Notes: generated by a model not told the origin, from the sequence alone. 64,000 nt of DNA from an uncultured Enterobacteriaceae bacterium (GCA_964479045.1 CAYZJI010000006.1:80241-144240), one strand, 5' to 3'; counted from the stretch's first letter, positions 9,548-21,762 are shown. Numbers and translations: made by a program.

Positions 9548-9817
9548 AAAGAATACCGTCCGCTCTGGCGATGCAGCAAGTTATAATTGCATGACCCGGA
9601 CAATAAATTCCGGGCGGCCCTGACAAAATCAGGGCATGGTCTAAAACTTTCACGGACTTAGGCCCTGAAGTTTACGGATGCGCTAAACTTGTACCAATTA
9701 CCGGTAAAAGCACTTAAACTTAAGGCCGGTAATTGTTTGAGCACAGGGGATATTTACCAGTAGATTTGCCGTTTTCAGATGTTTACCCCGCAGTTATAAA
9801 TTCGATAAGGCCGGACT

Positions 9818-12685
9818 ATGGATAAAGAGAATTCTTCCTGTCTTTACAGCGGAAATGCATGGTTTATTGAAGACCTGTATGAAACCTTCCTGACTCGCCC
9901 CGGCGATCTGAGCCCGGAATGGCGGCACTATTTCGAGAACGTGCAAAAAAGTGAACCGGCGGCACGCGATGTTCCCCACTCACCTATCCAGCAGGCTTTT
10001 CTGACTGCCGCAAAACAGGGCAATGGCAAACAACGGCCCCAAACCAGTGCAGTTGCCGCGCCGGCAAGCGTTGATCATCAGAAACAGGTCGCGGTATTGC
10101 AGTTAATCAATGCCTACCGTTTCCGCGGCCACCGTCAGGCCGATCTCGATCCGCTCAAACAATATGAACGTCCGGTGATTCCTGAACTCGATCCGGCCTA
10201 TCACGGCCTGACCGAGGCGGACATGGACAAACCATTCAATACCGGTTCTTTGCAGTTCACAGATGCGGAAATTCCCCTGCGTGAAATTCTGAACATCGTG
10301 CAAGCCACGTATTGCCGCAGCATCGGTGCGGAGTATATGCATATTAATGAGACCGAACAGAAACGCTGGATCCAGCAGCGTCTGGAAACCTGTCTGGCCC
10401 GCCCTGACTTCGACAAGCTCAAAAAAGTACGCATCCTGGAACGGCTGATCGCAGCAAACGGACTGGAAGAATATCTGCACACCAAGTACGTTGGCCAGAA
10501 ACGTTTCTCGCTGGAAGGTGGTGAGCCCTTAATTCCGCTACTGGATGAACTGATTCAGGACGGTGGCCGCCAGCAAATCAAGGAAGTCGTGATTGGCATG
10601 GCGCATCGTGGCCGTATCAATGTACTGGTCAATGTGATTGGAAAATTGCCCAGCGATCTGTTCAGTGAATTTGAAGGCAAGGGCAAGGCCAATGAAAACA
10701 GCTCCGGTGATGTGAAATATCACCTCGGGTATTCCTCAGATATAGAAACGCCGGGCGGACCGATTCATCTCACACTTGCTTTTAATCCATCCCATCTGGA
10801 AATTATTGACCCGGTGGTGGAAGGATCAGTACGCGCGCGACAGGAACGGCGCCTGGACACCAAACGCGATCAGGTATTGCCGATATTAATACACGGTGAT
10901 GCTGCGTTTGCCGGTCAGGGCGTGGTAATGGAAACCTTCAATTTCTCCCAGACGCGCGGTTACACCACGGGTGGGACGGTACACATTATAATTAATAACC
11001 AGATTGGGTTTACGACGAGTGATCCGCTGGATTCTCGCTCAACACTGTATTGCACGGATGTGGCGAAGACCGTACAGGCGCCGATTTTCCATGTGAATGC
11101 TGATGATCCGGAAGCGGTGGTGTTCATTGCCAGGCTTGCACTGGATTTCCGCATGCAATTCCACAAGGATGTGGTGATTGATCTGGTGTGCTACCGCAAG
11201 CATGGACACAGCGAAGCTGATGAACCGGCGGCGACACAACCGATCATGTACAAACAGATCCGCAAACATCCGGGTGCACGCAAACTCTACACCGATAAAC
11301 TGGTGAATGAAGGCATCATCACCGCCGACGGTGCCGGTAAACTACACGACAATTATATCCAGTCGCTGGAATCGAATCGTGCAGTGGCCGGACCACAGGC
11401 TACAAACGTCAGCCGTGACTTCCTGATCGATTTTACGCCGTACAAAGGCAAGCACTGGGACATGGTGCTGAACACCAATATTAATGAAGCAACGCTCAAG
11501 CGCCTTGCAGAGCGGATAACCACGATCCCTGACGGCTTCAAGCTGCATCCGACCGTACAACGCATCATGGACAGCCGCATCAAGATGGCTGCAGGTGAAT
11601 TACCGATGGACTGGGGCTTTGCTGAAACCATGGCCTATGCGTCATTGCTGGATATCGGCCATCCGGTGCGTGTTTCAGGACAAGATTGCGGCCGTGGCAC
11701 GTTCTTCCATCGCCATGCGGTGCTGCATGACAGTGAAACCGGCGCCACTCATGTACCGCTGCGTCATATCAATGACGCACAGGCGAATTTCCTGGTGATC
11801 AATTCCACACTGTCGGAAGAAGCGGTACTGGCTTATGAATATGGTTACAGCAGTGCCGAACCGAATGCGCTGGTGATCTGGGAAGCGCAGTTTGGTGATT
11901 TCGCCAACGGCGCGCAGGTGGTATTTGATCAATTTATCAGTTCCTGTGAAGCCAAGTGGGGACGCTTTTGTGGTCTCGTGGTATTTCTGCCGCATGGGTA
12001 TGACGGCCAGGGGCCGGAACATTCCTCCGCGCGGCTGGAACGTTATCTGCAACTGTGTGCGGAAGAAAATATGCAGGTGTGTGTGCCGAGTACAGCCGGA
12101 CAGATGTATCACATGCTGCGCCGGCAGATCATGCGGCCGTATCGCAAGCCATTGATCGTGATGAGTCCCAAGAGCCTCCTGCGACACAAGCTTTCTACAA
12201 CTCCAATCGAAGACATCCTCACCGGCCGCTTTCAGACTGTGATCGATGAAGTGGATACGATGGACAAGAAAGCCATCACGCGCCTGCTCTTCTGCTGCGG
12301 CAAGGTGTATTACGACCTGCTCGAAGCCCGGCGCGCAAACAATATCCAGAATATTGCAATCGCCCGCATTGAACAGTTGTTCCCCTTCCCCAAGGAAGCG
12401 GTACAGCGGGTGCTGGCACAGTATGAAAATCTCAAGGAAGTGGTATGGGTGCAGGAAGAACCGAAGAACCAGGGCAGCTGGTACTACATGCAATCCCGCG
12501 GCACCATGATCGGCAGCCTGAGTGATCACCACACCTTTGGGTATGCCGGACGTTTCTATTCCGCATCACCGGCCGTGGGATACATGTCCAAGCATCTGGA
12601 GCAACAGCGGCAACTGGTGGCGGACGCCTTGCAGATCGACAAGCTGGAAGTGACGACGCATAAAAAAACAGTACAGCATGTGTGA
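9818..12685 (+). CDS. sucA: 2-oxoglutarate dehydrogenase E1 component
   Basis: 955 aa. The N-terminus (SGNAWFIEDLYETFL) and TPP-binding regions match SucA. It lies upstream of sucB. Confidence 0.9.
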   Translation: MDKENSSCLYSGNAWFIEDLYETFLTRPGDLSPEWRHYFENVQKSEPAARDVPHSPIQQAFLTAAKQGNGKQRPQTSAVAAPASVDHQKQVAVLQLINAYRFRGHRQADLDPLKQYERPVIPELDPAYHGLTEADMDKPFNTGSLQFTDAEIPLREILNIVQATYCRSIGAEYMHINETEQKRWIQQRLETCLARPDFDKLKKVRILERLIAANGLEEYLHTKYVGQKRFSLEGGEPLIPLLDELIQDGGRQQIKEVVIGMAHRGRINVLVNVIGKLPSDLFSEFEGKGKANENSSGDVKYHLGYSSDIETPGGPIHLTLAFNPSHLEIIDPVVEGSVRARQERRLDTKRDQVLPILIHGDAAFAGQGVVMETFNFSQTRGYTTGGTVHIIINNQIGFTTSDPLDSRSTLYCTDVAKTVQAPIFHVNADDPEAVVFIARLALDFRMQFHKDVVIDLVCYRKHGHSEADEPAATQPIMYKQIRKHPGARKLYTDKLVNEGIITADGAGKLHDNYIQSLESNRAVAGPQATNVSRDFLIDFTPYKGKHWDMVLNTNINEATLKRLAERITTIPDGFKLHPTVQRIMDSRIKMAAGELPMDWGFAETMAYASLLDIGHPVRVSGQDCGRGTFFHRHAVLHDSETGATHVPLRHINDAQANFLVINSTLSEEAVLAYEYGYSSAEPNALVIWEAQFGDFANGAQVVFDQFISSCEAKWGRFCGLVVFLPHGYDGQGPEHSSARLERYLQLCAEENMQVCVPSTAGQMYHMLRRQIMRPYRKPLIVMSPKSLLRHKLSTTPIEDILTGRFQTVIDEVDTMDKKAITRLLFCCGKVYYDLLEARRANNIQNIAIARIEQLFPFPKEAVQRVLAQYENLKEVVWVQEEPKNQGSWYYMQSRGTMIGSLSDHHTFGYAGRFYSASPAVGYMSKHLEQQRQLVADALQIDKLEVTTHKKTVQHV

Positions 12686-12736
12686 TATCAATCGATTCAG
12701 AAATCTTTAATACCGTTTGAATTTAAGGAGATTATC

Positions 12737-14083
12737 GTGACCGTTGAAGTAAAAGTCCCGGTACTGGCGGAATCCGTCGCCGAAGCCACATTGATGAAGT
12801 GGCACAAAAAAGTGGGTGATAAAGTAACTCGGGGTGACAGCCTTATTGATATTGAAACCGACAAGGTCACACTCGAAGTTGCCGCACCGGATGCCGGCGT
12901 GATTGCAGAAATCCTGAAACTGGATGGTGAAGAGGTTAAAAGCAACGAAGTCATAGCCCGCATTGAAACGGGTGACGTATCGGTTGCAGCTCCTGCACCT
13001 GCCGCGGTTAAACCAGCTCCCGCGAGCAAACCGGAACAGCAAACATTAATTGATCCGCCGGCACCGGCATCTGCATCCAAAGCCGATCCCAAACTCAGCC
13101 CGGCCGTGCGCAATCTTTTGCACGAACACAATGTTGAATCCAAAGATGTAAAAACCGCACCCGGCAGCGATCGGGTCACCAAGGAAGATGTACTCAAACA
13201 TGTTGGTCAGACCACGGCCTCTGCTCCTGCTCCTGCTCCGGCGAGACCATCCCCTGCTCCGGCTCCAACACCAGCACCCAAACTTGTGGCTGAAAATAAA
13301 CCCGAACCCAAACCTGAGCCTGTGAAAGCAGCACCTGCGCCTGCTGCTCCAGTTTCAGCACCGGCGCCCGCAGTGTCCGGTGATCGTCCTGAACAACGTG
13401 TGGCCATGACCCGTTTGCGCAAGCGTGCGGCGGAACGCCTGCTGAGTGCGCAACATGAAAACGCCATCCTCACCACGTTCAATGAGATCAACATGCAACC
13501 CGTGATGGATCTGCGTGCCCGTTACAAGGATGAATTTGAAAAGGCACATGGCGTGAAACTCGGTTTCATGTCGTTCTTCACCAAGGCGGCCGTGGAAGCA
13601 CTGAAAAAATTCCCTGTCATCAATGCGTCAGTCGATGGACAGGACATTATCTATCACGGTTACTTTGATATCGGCATTGCGGTAAGCGCTCCGCGCGGTC
13701 TCGTGGTGCCAATCCTGCGCGATGCCGATACGATGTCATTTGCCGGCATTGAAACGAAAATACGCGAACTCGGTGAAAAAGCGCGTGATTCAAAACTCAC
13801 CATTGAAGAACTGACCGGCGGCACGTTCACGATTACCAATGGCGGTGTGTTCGGCTCATTACTCTCGACACCGATCATCAACCCGCCACAGAGCGCGATC
13901 CTCGGTATGCACAAAACACAGGACCGTCCCATTGCGTTGAATGGTGAGGTCGTGATCCGGCCGATGATGTATGTGGCGCTCTCTTATGATCACCGCATCA
14001 TTGATGGCCGCGAAGCCGTGCAGTTCCTGGTCGCGATTAAAGAACAGATTGAAGATCCCACCCGTCTGCTGTTACAGGTGTGA
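12737..14083 (+). CDS. sucB: Dihydrolipoyllysine-residue succinyltransferase (2-oxoglutarate dehydrogenase E2)
   Basis: GTG start after an AAGGAG RBS. It has a lipoyl domain (IETDKV), an Ala/Pro-rich linker, and a catalytic DHRIIDG motif. Confidence 0.9.
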   Translation: MTVEVKVPVLAESVAEATLMKWHKKVGDKVTRGDSLIDIETDKVTLEVAAPDAGVIAEILKLDGEEVKSNEVIARIETGDVSVAAPAPAAVKPAPASKPEQQTLIDPPAPASASKADPKLSPAVRNLLHEHNVESKDVKTAPGSDRVTKEDVLKHVGQTTASAPAPAPARPSPAPAPTPAPKLVAENKPEPKPEPVKAAPAPAAPVSAPAPAVSGDRPEQRVAMTRLRKRAAERLLSAQHENAILTTFNEINMQPVMDLRARYKDEFEKAHGVKLGFMSFFTKAAVEALKKFPVINASVDGQDIIYHGYFDIGIAVSAPRGLVVPILRDADTMSFAGIETKIRELGEKARDSKLTIEELTGGTFTITNGGVFGSLLSTPIINPPQSAILGMHKTQDRPIALNGEVVIRPMMYVALSYDHRIIDGREAVQFLVAIKEQIEDPTRLLLQV

Positions 14084-15677
<1,594 letters not shown>

Positions 15678-15774
15678 TAAAAAAATACACATCCCTGTGT
15701 ATCAGAAATTCAGTGAATTACTCATTCGAGGAGGAGGTCGTAATCTCACTGATATGGGAAGGTAATCTATAAAT

Positions 15775-15872
15775 TGCCTCCCCCTTGACGGGAGAGGCCG
15801 TTGTACGAAGTACAACGGGTGGGGGTGGAAACTTTCACCCTCACCCCAACCCTCTCCCAAAGGGAGAGGGTG
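15775..15872. repeat. Cluster of REP-like palindromes (cctccccc-ttgac-gggagagg; ccgttgtac-gaa-gtacaacgg; caccctcaccccaaccctctccc-aaa-gggagagggtg)
   Basis: Seen directly in the sequence. The last unit is near-identical to the element at 7.82 kb. Confidence 0.65.
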
Positions 15873-15880
15873 TTTTCTGG

Positions 15881-16315
15881 TTAATTCCAGCTCTGTAAGC
15901 GGATCTTCCAGCTGCCGTCTTTCTGGCGTTCCAGCACATTGCTGATGTTGCCTTCGAACTGGATGGCCTGACCGTCAGCCGTGCGAGTGGCTTCCCACAA
16001 AGCAGTCTGGTAGGCGGTATCGCCTTCGATACGGGTCTCAACCGTGCGCACGGTGTATTCATTCACACCGACTTTACGCAGGCCGTCCCAGTAATTGCGG
16101 ATGGCTTCCGGGCTCGCGAGGATCTCGCTGCTCGGTGGCATCACCACCGCATCCTTGGCATATAACTTCGCCAATTCCGCGGTATTGCCCTTATTAATGG
16201 CCGCATCCCAGTTACTGTTCAGGCTGCGGATGGCGGCGGTTTCATCCACTTCTGCCTGTACAAAACTCATCAGCGCCAAGGCACTGATAAGGACTGCTGT
16301 GCTTAATGTTTTCAT
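15881..16315 (-). CDS. SnoaL-like/NTF2-fold (DUF4440-type) secreted protein
   Basis: 144 aa with a signal peptide (MKTLSTAVLISALALMSFVQA). Its size and pattern are typical of NTF2-like domains. It is divergent from a LysR regulator. Confidence 0.45.
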   Translation of the reverse strand: MKTLSTAVLISALALMSFVQAEVDETAAIRSLNSNWDAAINKGNTAELAKLYAKDAVVMPPSSEILASPEAIRNYWDGLRKVGVNEYTVRTVETRIEGDTAYQTALWEATRTADGQAIQFEGNISNVLERQKDGSWKIRLQSWN

Positions 16316-16479
16316 TGTCGTTTACCTCAAGTAGTTGAAATTAAAAGCTTTTACACTTTTAACCTGCTTTTATCAGCAGATTAATTTGTGCGATGCGGTA
16401 AAGATAGTTATGCTTTAATTCATTTACAATGATTAAATAATTTATAAATTGTTTCTTAAATTGAAATTATTGGTGAATA

Positions 16480-17403
16480 GTGATGGATAAACTGACCAGC
16501 ATGAAGGTCTTTGCTACTGTTGCCCGTCTAGGCAGCTTCTCAGCGGCGGCAGAAGAACTGGGCATTTCCCGGGCCATGGCCTCGAAATACATGAGTCACC
16601 TTGAAGAGAACCTGGACGTGCGTTTACTTAACCGGACGACACGACAGTTGAGTCTGACCGAGGTAGGAAGCGCTTACCTCGAGAAGATCTCCAATATCAT
16701 TGCGGAGGTTGAGGAGGCCGAACAGGCCGTCTCACAATTACAGTCTGAACCACGTGGCACATTGAAAATCATGACGCCACCTTCGTTTGGATCATTCCAT
16801 CTGGCGCGGGCACTTGGTGCCTACAAAGAACGCTATCCGGAAGTGGTGATTGAAATGGTGCTGACCGATCGGGCTCCGGATCTGTTTGAGGAAGGTGTGG
16901 ACCTCGCCATCTGGCTGGGTGATCTGGAGGATTCCAATCTGGTAGCCCGCAAGCTGGCCTCCAGCCGCACGGTAGTCTGTGGCTCACCGGATTATCTGGC
17001 GCGTAAGGGTACGCCACAAACACCCGCTGATCTGGATGATCATAATTGTCTGTCACTTTCATTACGCACACCCTACTTCGACTGGAAATTCCGCATCGAC
17101 GGTAAAATTGTCACACTGCATCCGGAGGGTTCATTCCGCGCCAATACCGCTGATCCCTTAAGGATTGCGGCCATCAATGGCTGTGGTCTGGTGCAACTCC
17201 CTTCCTACATCGTCGGCCTGGATATCCGGGACGGGCGTTTGATCCCGGTACTGGAAGGCTACGAACCTGATCCGGTCCAGATCCATGCGGTGTATATCCA
17301 TCGCCGCCATCTTTCCACCAAAGCCCGTACCTTTGTCGATTTTATGTGTGGCTTGTTCCAACCTGAACCCTACTGGGAGAAGTGGATAAAAGAGCCAAAC
17401 TGA
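16480..17403 (+). CDS. LysR-family transcriptional regulator
   Basis: It has an N-terminal HTH (FATVARLGSFSAAAEELGISRAMASKYMSHLEENL) and a LysR substrate-binding domain. Confidence 0.8.
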   Translation: MMDKLTSMKVFATVARLGSFSAAAEELGISRAMASKYMSHLEENLDVRLLNRTTRQLSLTEVGSAYLEKISNIIAEVEEAEQAVSQLQSEPRGTLKIMTPPSFGSFHLARALGAYKERYPEVVIEMVLTDRAPDLFEEGVDLAIWLGDLEDSNLVARKLASSRTVVCGSPDYLARKGTPQTPADLDDHNCLSLSLRTPYFDWKFRIDGKIVTLHPEGSFRANTADPLRIAAINGCGLVQLPSYIVGLDIRDGRLIPVLEGYEPDPVQIHAVYIHRRHLSTKARTFVDFMCGLFQPEPYWEKWIKEPN

Positions 17404-17551
17404 CATCTGATTTAGAGTAGTTACAAGGAACCCCGCCGGGGAAGCTGGAGTCGCTGAAAAGATTCTGTTAACATCCTTTCAGGGTTTTGTGCAGTGCAAC
17501 GTAAAATTACAAATCGCTGATAGCCTCGACGTCTGAGGGAGGAAAATTAAC

Positions 17552-18733
17552 ATGTCTGACAATGTCGTAATTGTGGCTGCCGGCCGCACTGCCATAGGCA
17601 GTTTCGGGGGCGCACTCTCTGAAATACCCGCCGCCCAGCTGGGGGCAAAAGTCATTTCCGGTTTGTTGGCCAAAACCGGCATCAAACCGGAACAGGTCGA
17701 TGAAGTCATTCTGGGTCAGGTGTTGACCGCCGGTGTTGGTATGAACCCGGCCCGTCAGGCCGCCATCTATGCCGGTCTGCCGGAAAACATTCCGAGCATG
17801 ACGATCAACAAGGTCTGTGGTTCGGGTCTGAAAGCTGTGGCCCTGGCTGCACAATCCATCCGTGCCGGTGATGCGGAAATTGTCATCGCTGGTGGCCAGG
17901 AAAACATGAGCCTGTCACCGCATATCCTGCCCAAATCCCGCAACGGCAACAAAATGGGTGACTGGGCCATGAAAGACCACATGATCAATGAAGGTCTCAC
18001 CGATGTCTTCAACAATTATCACATGGGCGTCACTGCGGAAAATATTGTGAAGAAATACGGCTTCACCCGTGAAGCCCAGGACGAATTTGCCGCTGCCTCA
18101 CAGCAAAAAACGGAAGCCGCCCAGAAAGCCAACAAGTTCAATGATGAAATCATTCCGGTGGAAATCCCGCAGCGTAAAGGTGATCCAGTCATCTTTGCCA
18201 AGGATGAATTTCCACGTGCCGGAACCACCGCTGAATCACTTGGCAAACTCAAACCGGCATTTGATAAAGCCGGGTCGGTTACTGCAGGCAATGCCTCCGG
18301 CATCAATGACGGCGCTGCTGCTGTAATTGTGATGAGCGAAAAGAAAGCGAAGGAACTCGGTCTGAAACCGCTGGCGACCATCAAGGCCTATGCCAGCGCC
18401 GGCGTGGATCCGCAAATCATGGGCACGGGCCCGATTCCGGCCACCCAGCGTTGTTTGAAGAAGGCAGGATGGACAGTGAAGGATCTGGACCTGATTGAAT
18501 CCAATGAAGCCTTTGCGGCACAAGCCATGTCCGTGAATAAAGACCTTGGCTGGGACACCAGCAAGGTGAATGTAAACGGTGGTGCCATTGCAATCGGTCA
18601 TCCGATCGGTGCTTCCGGCTGCCGCGTGCTGGTCACATTGCTGCATGAAATGAATCGCCGTGATGCGAAAAAAGGCCTGGCCACATTATGCATCGGCGGC
18701 GGTCAGGGTGTGGCCCTGGCGGTGGAGAGGTAA
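17552..18733 (+). CDS. phaA: Acetyl-CoA acetyltransferase (beta-ketothiolase)
   Basis: Thiolase signatures ([11 protein letters not shown]; GGGQGVAL ending) are present. It is followed directly by phaB and phaR. Confidence 0.85.
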   Translation: MSDNVVIVAAGRTAIGSFGGALSEIPAAQLGAKVISGLLAKTGIKPEQVDEVILGQVLTAGVGMNPARQAAIYAGLPENIPSMTINKVCGSGLKAVALAAQSIRAGDAEIVIAGGQENMSLSPHILPKSRNGNKMGDWAMKDHMINEGLTDVFNNYHMGVTAENIVKKYGFTREAQDEFAAASQQKTEAAQKANKFNDEIIPVEIPQRKGDPVIFAKDEFPRAGTTAESLGKLKPAFDKAGSVTAGNASGINDGAAAVIVMSEKKAKELGLKPLATIKAYASAGVDPQIMGTGPIPATQRCLKKAGWTVKDLDLIESNEAFAAQAMSVNKDLGWDTSKVNVNGGAIAIGHPIGASGCRVLVTLLHEMNRRDAKKGLATLCIGGGQGVALAVER

Positions 18734-18738
18734 GCGCC

Positions 18739-19485
18739 ATGGCAAATCTGAAGGGTAAAGTAGCACTCGTCACCGGTGGTACCGGTGGAATAGGAGCAGC
18801 CATTTGTCTGCGGCTTGCCGATTCCGGCGCCAAGGTTGCCACGAATTATCGTGACGAAGCCAAGGCCCGCAAATGGCAGGAAGAAGTGAAAGCCAAGGGT
18901 TATGACATCGCCATCTATCAGGCCGATGTATCTGATCTGAACGCCTGCGTGGAACTCGCTAAAAAGATAACTGCTGATCTCGGTCCGGTCGACATTCTGG
19001 TCAATAACGCCGGCATTACCAAGGACGTCACCTTCCGTAAAATGACCCGCGAACAGTGGGACGCCGTGATGAAGATCAATCTTGACAGCCTCTACAACGT
19101 CACCAAGCAGGTGGTCGATGGCATGATGGAAAAAGGCTGGGGACGTGTGATCAATATCTCGTCCATCAATGGCCAGAAAGGCCAGATTGGGCAGACCAAC
19201 TACACGGCCTCCAAGGCCGGCATGCATGGCTTTACCATGTCGCTGGCACAGGAAGTGGCGCGTAAAGGTGTTACAGTGAATACTGTGTCGCCGGGTTATA
19301 TTGCCACAGATATGGTGATGGCCGTGGCGGAAGACATCCGTAACAAAATCATTGCCGGTATTCCGGTTGGCCGTTTGGGTACGTCTGAAGAAGTGGCCGC
19401 CATGGTGGATTTTCTGGTTTCGGATGAAGCCGGATTCTGCACCGGCGCCGATTTCTCCATGAACGGCGGGCAGCACATGATGTAA
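18739..19485 (+). CDS. phaB: Acetoacetyl-CoA reductase (SDR)
   Basis: From the internal ATG at 18739 the protein begins MANLKGKVALVTGGTGGIGAAI. It carries NAG..., the YxxxK catalytic pair (YTASKAG) and an NGGQHMM ending typical of PhaB. Confidence 0.85.
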   Translation: MANLKGKVALVTGGTGGIGAAICLRLADSGAKVATNYRDEAKARKWQEEVKAKGYDIAIYQADVSDLNACVELAKKITADLGPVDILVNNAGITKDVTFRKMTREQWDAVMKINLDSLYNVTKQVVDGMMEKGWGRVINISSINGQKGQIGQTNYTASKAGMHGFTMSLAQEVARKGVTVNTVSPGYIATDMVMAVAEDIRNKIIAGIPVGRLGTSEEVAAMVDFLVSDEAGFCTGADFSMNGGQHMM

Positions 19486-19570
19486 TTATGTCGACCTGCG
19501 CCGTTGCTATACGATGGGCAACGGTGCAGGATCGGTTACAGACACAAATACTTGGGGGAACTGATTAATC

Positions 19571-20020
19571 ATGAGTGCGCGAATTATCAAAAAATATCCG
19601 AACCGGCGCCTGTACGACACTGAAGACAGCAAATACATTACGCTCGATGATGTGAAACGTCTGGTGTTGGGCGGCGTTGAATTTGTGGTGAAAGATGTCA
19701 AGACCGATGAAGACCTGACCCGTAACATTCTGCTGCAGATCATCGCCGAACAGGAACATGACGGCGAGCCCTTCTTCTCCACCGAACTGCTGACCCAGAT
19801 CATCCGTTCCTACGGTGATTCCATCCAGAGCATGGCGGGAGATTACATTGAAAAAAGCATGCAGCTATTCCTGAACCAGCAGAAGGAGTTCCAGAAAGCC
19901 ATCTCTGCCAATCCCCTGACGGCCATCTCTGATATGGCAGAGCAAAATATGAAAATGTGGCAACAGATGCAGGACAATTTCTTCAAGGCAGCAGGCCTGA
20001 GCAGCAAGGACAACAAGTAA
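19571..20020 (+). CDS. phaR: Polyhydroxyalkanoate synthesis repressor PhaR
   Basis: The N-terminal IKKYPNRRLYDTEDSKYITLDDVKRLV is the PhaR (PHB_acc_N) signature. Confidence 0.85.
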   Translation: MSARIIKKYPNRRLYDTEDSKYITLDDVKRLVLGGVEFVVKDVKTDEDLTRNILLQIIAEQEHDGEPFFSTELLTQIIRSYGDSIQSMAGDYIEKSMQLFLNQQKEFQKAISANPLTAISDMAEQNMKMWQQMQDNFFKAAGLSSKDNK

Positions 20021-20080
20021 ACAAAACCGGACTTCTGTTTGAAATAACAAAAACAACAAGACAAGCACGAGGGTTGACGA

Positions 20081-21115
20081 ATGTTTAAAGCAGGATCGGT
20101 ATACGCCTACCAGGACATGTGGACAGAATTCAGCAAGTTGATGCATAAAACCCAGAAGTCGATGTTCAATCCATGGAGCAATCCGTTTGAACTTACCTTT
20201 GATACGCTGAGTGGTTTGTCCGAATTAACGGGCAATGCCCTCTCCCGGCTGGCCCAGCAGCAACAGGACACCTTGAGTTTTTATCTGGATCCGCTGGCAC
20301 TGAATTCCATCGGCACCATTCAAAAATCCGGCCCGGTAAAAACAACTGCACATAACAAACGCATTGAAAGCGGCCGCGTGGCCCTGGTCACGGGTGGCAT
20401 CGGCGGTATCGGTACGGAAATCTGCAAACAGCTCTATGCCGCTGGCCATAAAGTTATTGCCACCTATATTGCTCCGGAGCAGGAACGCGCCATTGCCTGG
20501 GAAGTGGAACATGAAGCTGCCGGATATGACATCGACATCATCCTCTGTGATGTAACGGATTTCGATTCCTGCAAGCACATGAGCAAGGAACTTGAAAAGC
20601 GTTATGGTCACATTGACATTCTGGTGAACTGCGCAGGCATCACCCGTGACGCCACACTGCGTAAAATGGAAGCCGATAAATGGCATGCTGTTCTTGATAC
20701 CAATCTCGACAGTGTCTTCAACATCACCCGTAATTTCATCAACGGCATGGTGGACCGTGGTTACGGCCGTATTATTAATATCTCCTCCGTGAACGGTCAG
20801 AAAGGCCAGTTCGGCCAGACCAACTATGCCACGGCCAAGGCCGGCATGATTGGTTTCAGCAAAGCATTGGCACTGGAAGTGGCGGATTCAGGTGTGACTG
20901 TGAATTCGGTGTGTCCGGGCTATGTCGGCACCAGCATGATGGACGCCATCCCGGAAGATATTCTTAAAGGCATTATTGCCAAGATACCGGCCGGCCGTCT
21001 CGCCAAACCGGCAGAAATCGCTGCAGCAGTGGTTTATCTGGCCGGCGAAGATGCGGCCTATATCACCGGCTCAGAAATTTCCATCAACGGTGGATTGTTC
21101 ACTGGCATTTCCTGA
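20081..21115 (+). CDS. Acetoacetyl-CoA reductase paralog (SDR) with ~95-aa phasin-like N-terminal extension
   Basis: Residues about 99-344 form a PhaB-like SDR (RVALVTGGIGGIGTEI ... YATAKAG ... NGGLF). Residues 1-95 form a helical region whose pattern (ELTGNALSRLAQQQQDTLSFY) resembles the N-terminal region of the two phasins encoded nearby. Confidence 0.65.
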   Translation: MFKAGSVYAYQDMWTEFSKLMHKTQKSMFNPWSNPFELTFDTLSGLSELTGNALSRLAQQQQDTLSFYLDPLALNSIGTIQKSGPVKTTAHNKRIESGRVALVTGGIGGIGTEICKQLYAAGHKVIATYIAPEQERAIAWEVEHEAAGYDIDIILCDVTDFDSCKHMSKELEKRYGHIDILVNCAGITRDATLRKMEADKWHAVLDTNLDSVFNITRNFINGMVDRGYGRIINISSVNGQKGQFGQTNYATAKAGMIGFSKALALEVADSGVTVNSVCPGYVGTSMMDAIPEDILKGIIAKIPAGRLAKPAEIAAAVVYLAGEDAAYITGSEISINGGLFTGIS

Positions 21116-21245
21116 ATACACCGAATAAATAAATATGGGCAGGAGCCATTTTGCCTATGCCCGTTATTTACACAAGTATTTGATATTTAATAGTATTTAT
21201 TAAATATCGTTTTTGCATTTCCAGTTTCCACCATTAGATAAAGTC

Positions 21246-21275
21246 CTTGACATCGGCCTATGAGTTTCCTATGCT
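21246..21275 (+). promoter_or_regulatory. Candidate sigma70 promoter of the phasin gene (TTGACA-17-TATGCT) overlapping TGC-rich palindromes
   Basis: cTTGACA at 21247-21252, a 17-nt spacer, then TATGCT at 21270-21275. It is followed by ctgcaatgca...gtgcgacgcac...tgcag inverted repeats, a possible PhaR operator. Confidence 0.4.
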
Positions 21276-21342
21276 GCAATGCATCATTGTGCGACGCACA
21301 ACATTAATGCAGTCCAGATCAACAAACTCGAGGAGAGCCCGA

Positions 21343-21720
21343 ATGAACACCATGTACGAACAGATGAACAAATATGGCTTGAATGCCTATGAAACCCTGA
21401 AGCAGTTATATGCCATCAACACCAGCCTGGCTGAACAACTGATTGAACAGCAGTTTGCACTGGGCACTCTGGCGATTGAATACAGCACCAAACAGATGAA
21501 GCTTGCCAGCACCGCCAAAGGTTACAAGGAACTGTTGTCCGCCCAGACCGAAATTGCCGGGGAAATGAGCAGCAAGGTACAAGGCATCGCCCGCAACACG
21601 CTGGACATTATGAGCGAAACCAAGGACGAGATTGGCGCATGGTTTGAAAAGTCCATGAAAGATGCCGAGAAAGGTTTGAAAGAAGCCGCCAAGGTTGTGC
21701 CGGTAGCCAAAGCCGCCTGA
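21343..21720 (+). CDS. phaP: Phasin (PHA granule-associated protein, phasin_2 family)
   Basis: From the internal ATG at 21343 (preceded by a GGAGAG RBS) the product is a 125-aa Ala/Glu/Lys-rich helical protein with a phasin-family pattern. It lies in the pha cluster. Confidence 0.7.
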   Translation: MNTMYEQMNKYGLNAYETLKQLYAINTSLAEQLIEQQFALGTLAIEYSTKQMKLASTAKGYKELLSAQTEIAGEMSSKVQGIARNTLDIMSETKDEIGAWFEKSMKDAEKGLKEAAKVVPVAKAA

Positions 21721-21762
21721 GATGATTTTGGATTGTAGTTATTTAAGGTAATACCTCCTCTG

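Noticed and set aside
9230-9653. Several 60-90-aa ORFs on both strands across the gltA-sucA intergenic region
   Set aside because: They overlap the MITE-like element and its inverted repeats. They are Arg/Ala-rich from GC-rich palindromic DNA and have no RBS, so they were treated as non-coding.
11675-12532. 285-aa minus-strand ORF within sucA
   Set aside because: It lies entirely inside the well-supported sucA gene on the opposite strand. Its composition is typical of antisense frames in a GC-rich coding region.
12697-13197. 166-aa and 111-aa minus-strand ORFs inside sucB
   Set aside because: They are antisense to the Ala/Pro-rich E2 linker region. GC-rich repeats give long open frames on the opposite strand. 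They have no RBS or family resemblance.
18703-19476. 257-aa minus-strand ORF antisense to phaB
   Set aside because: It is the mirror frame of a conserved SDR gene and has no recognisable domains. phaB on the plus strand is strongly supported.
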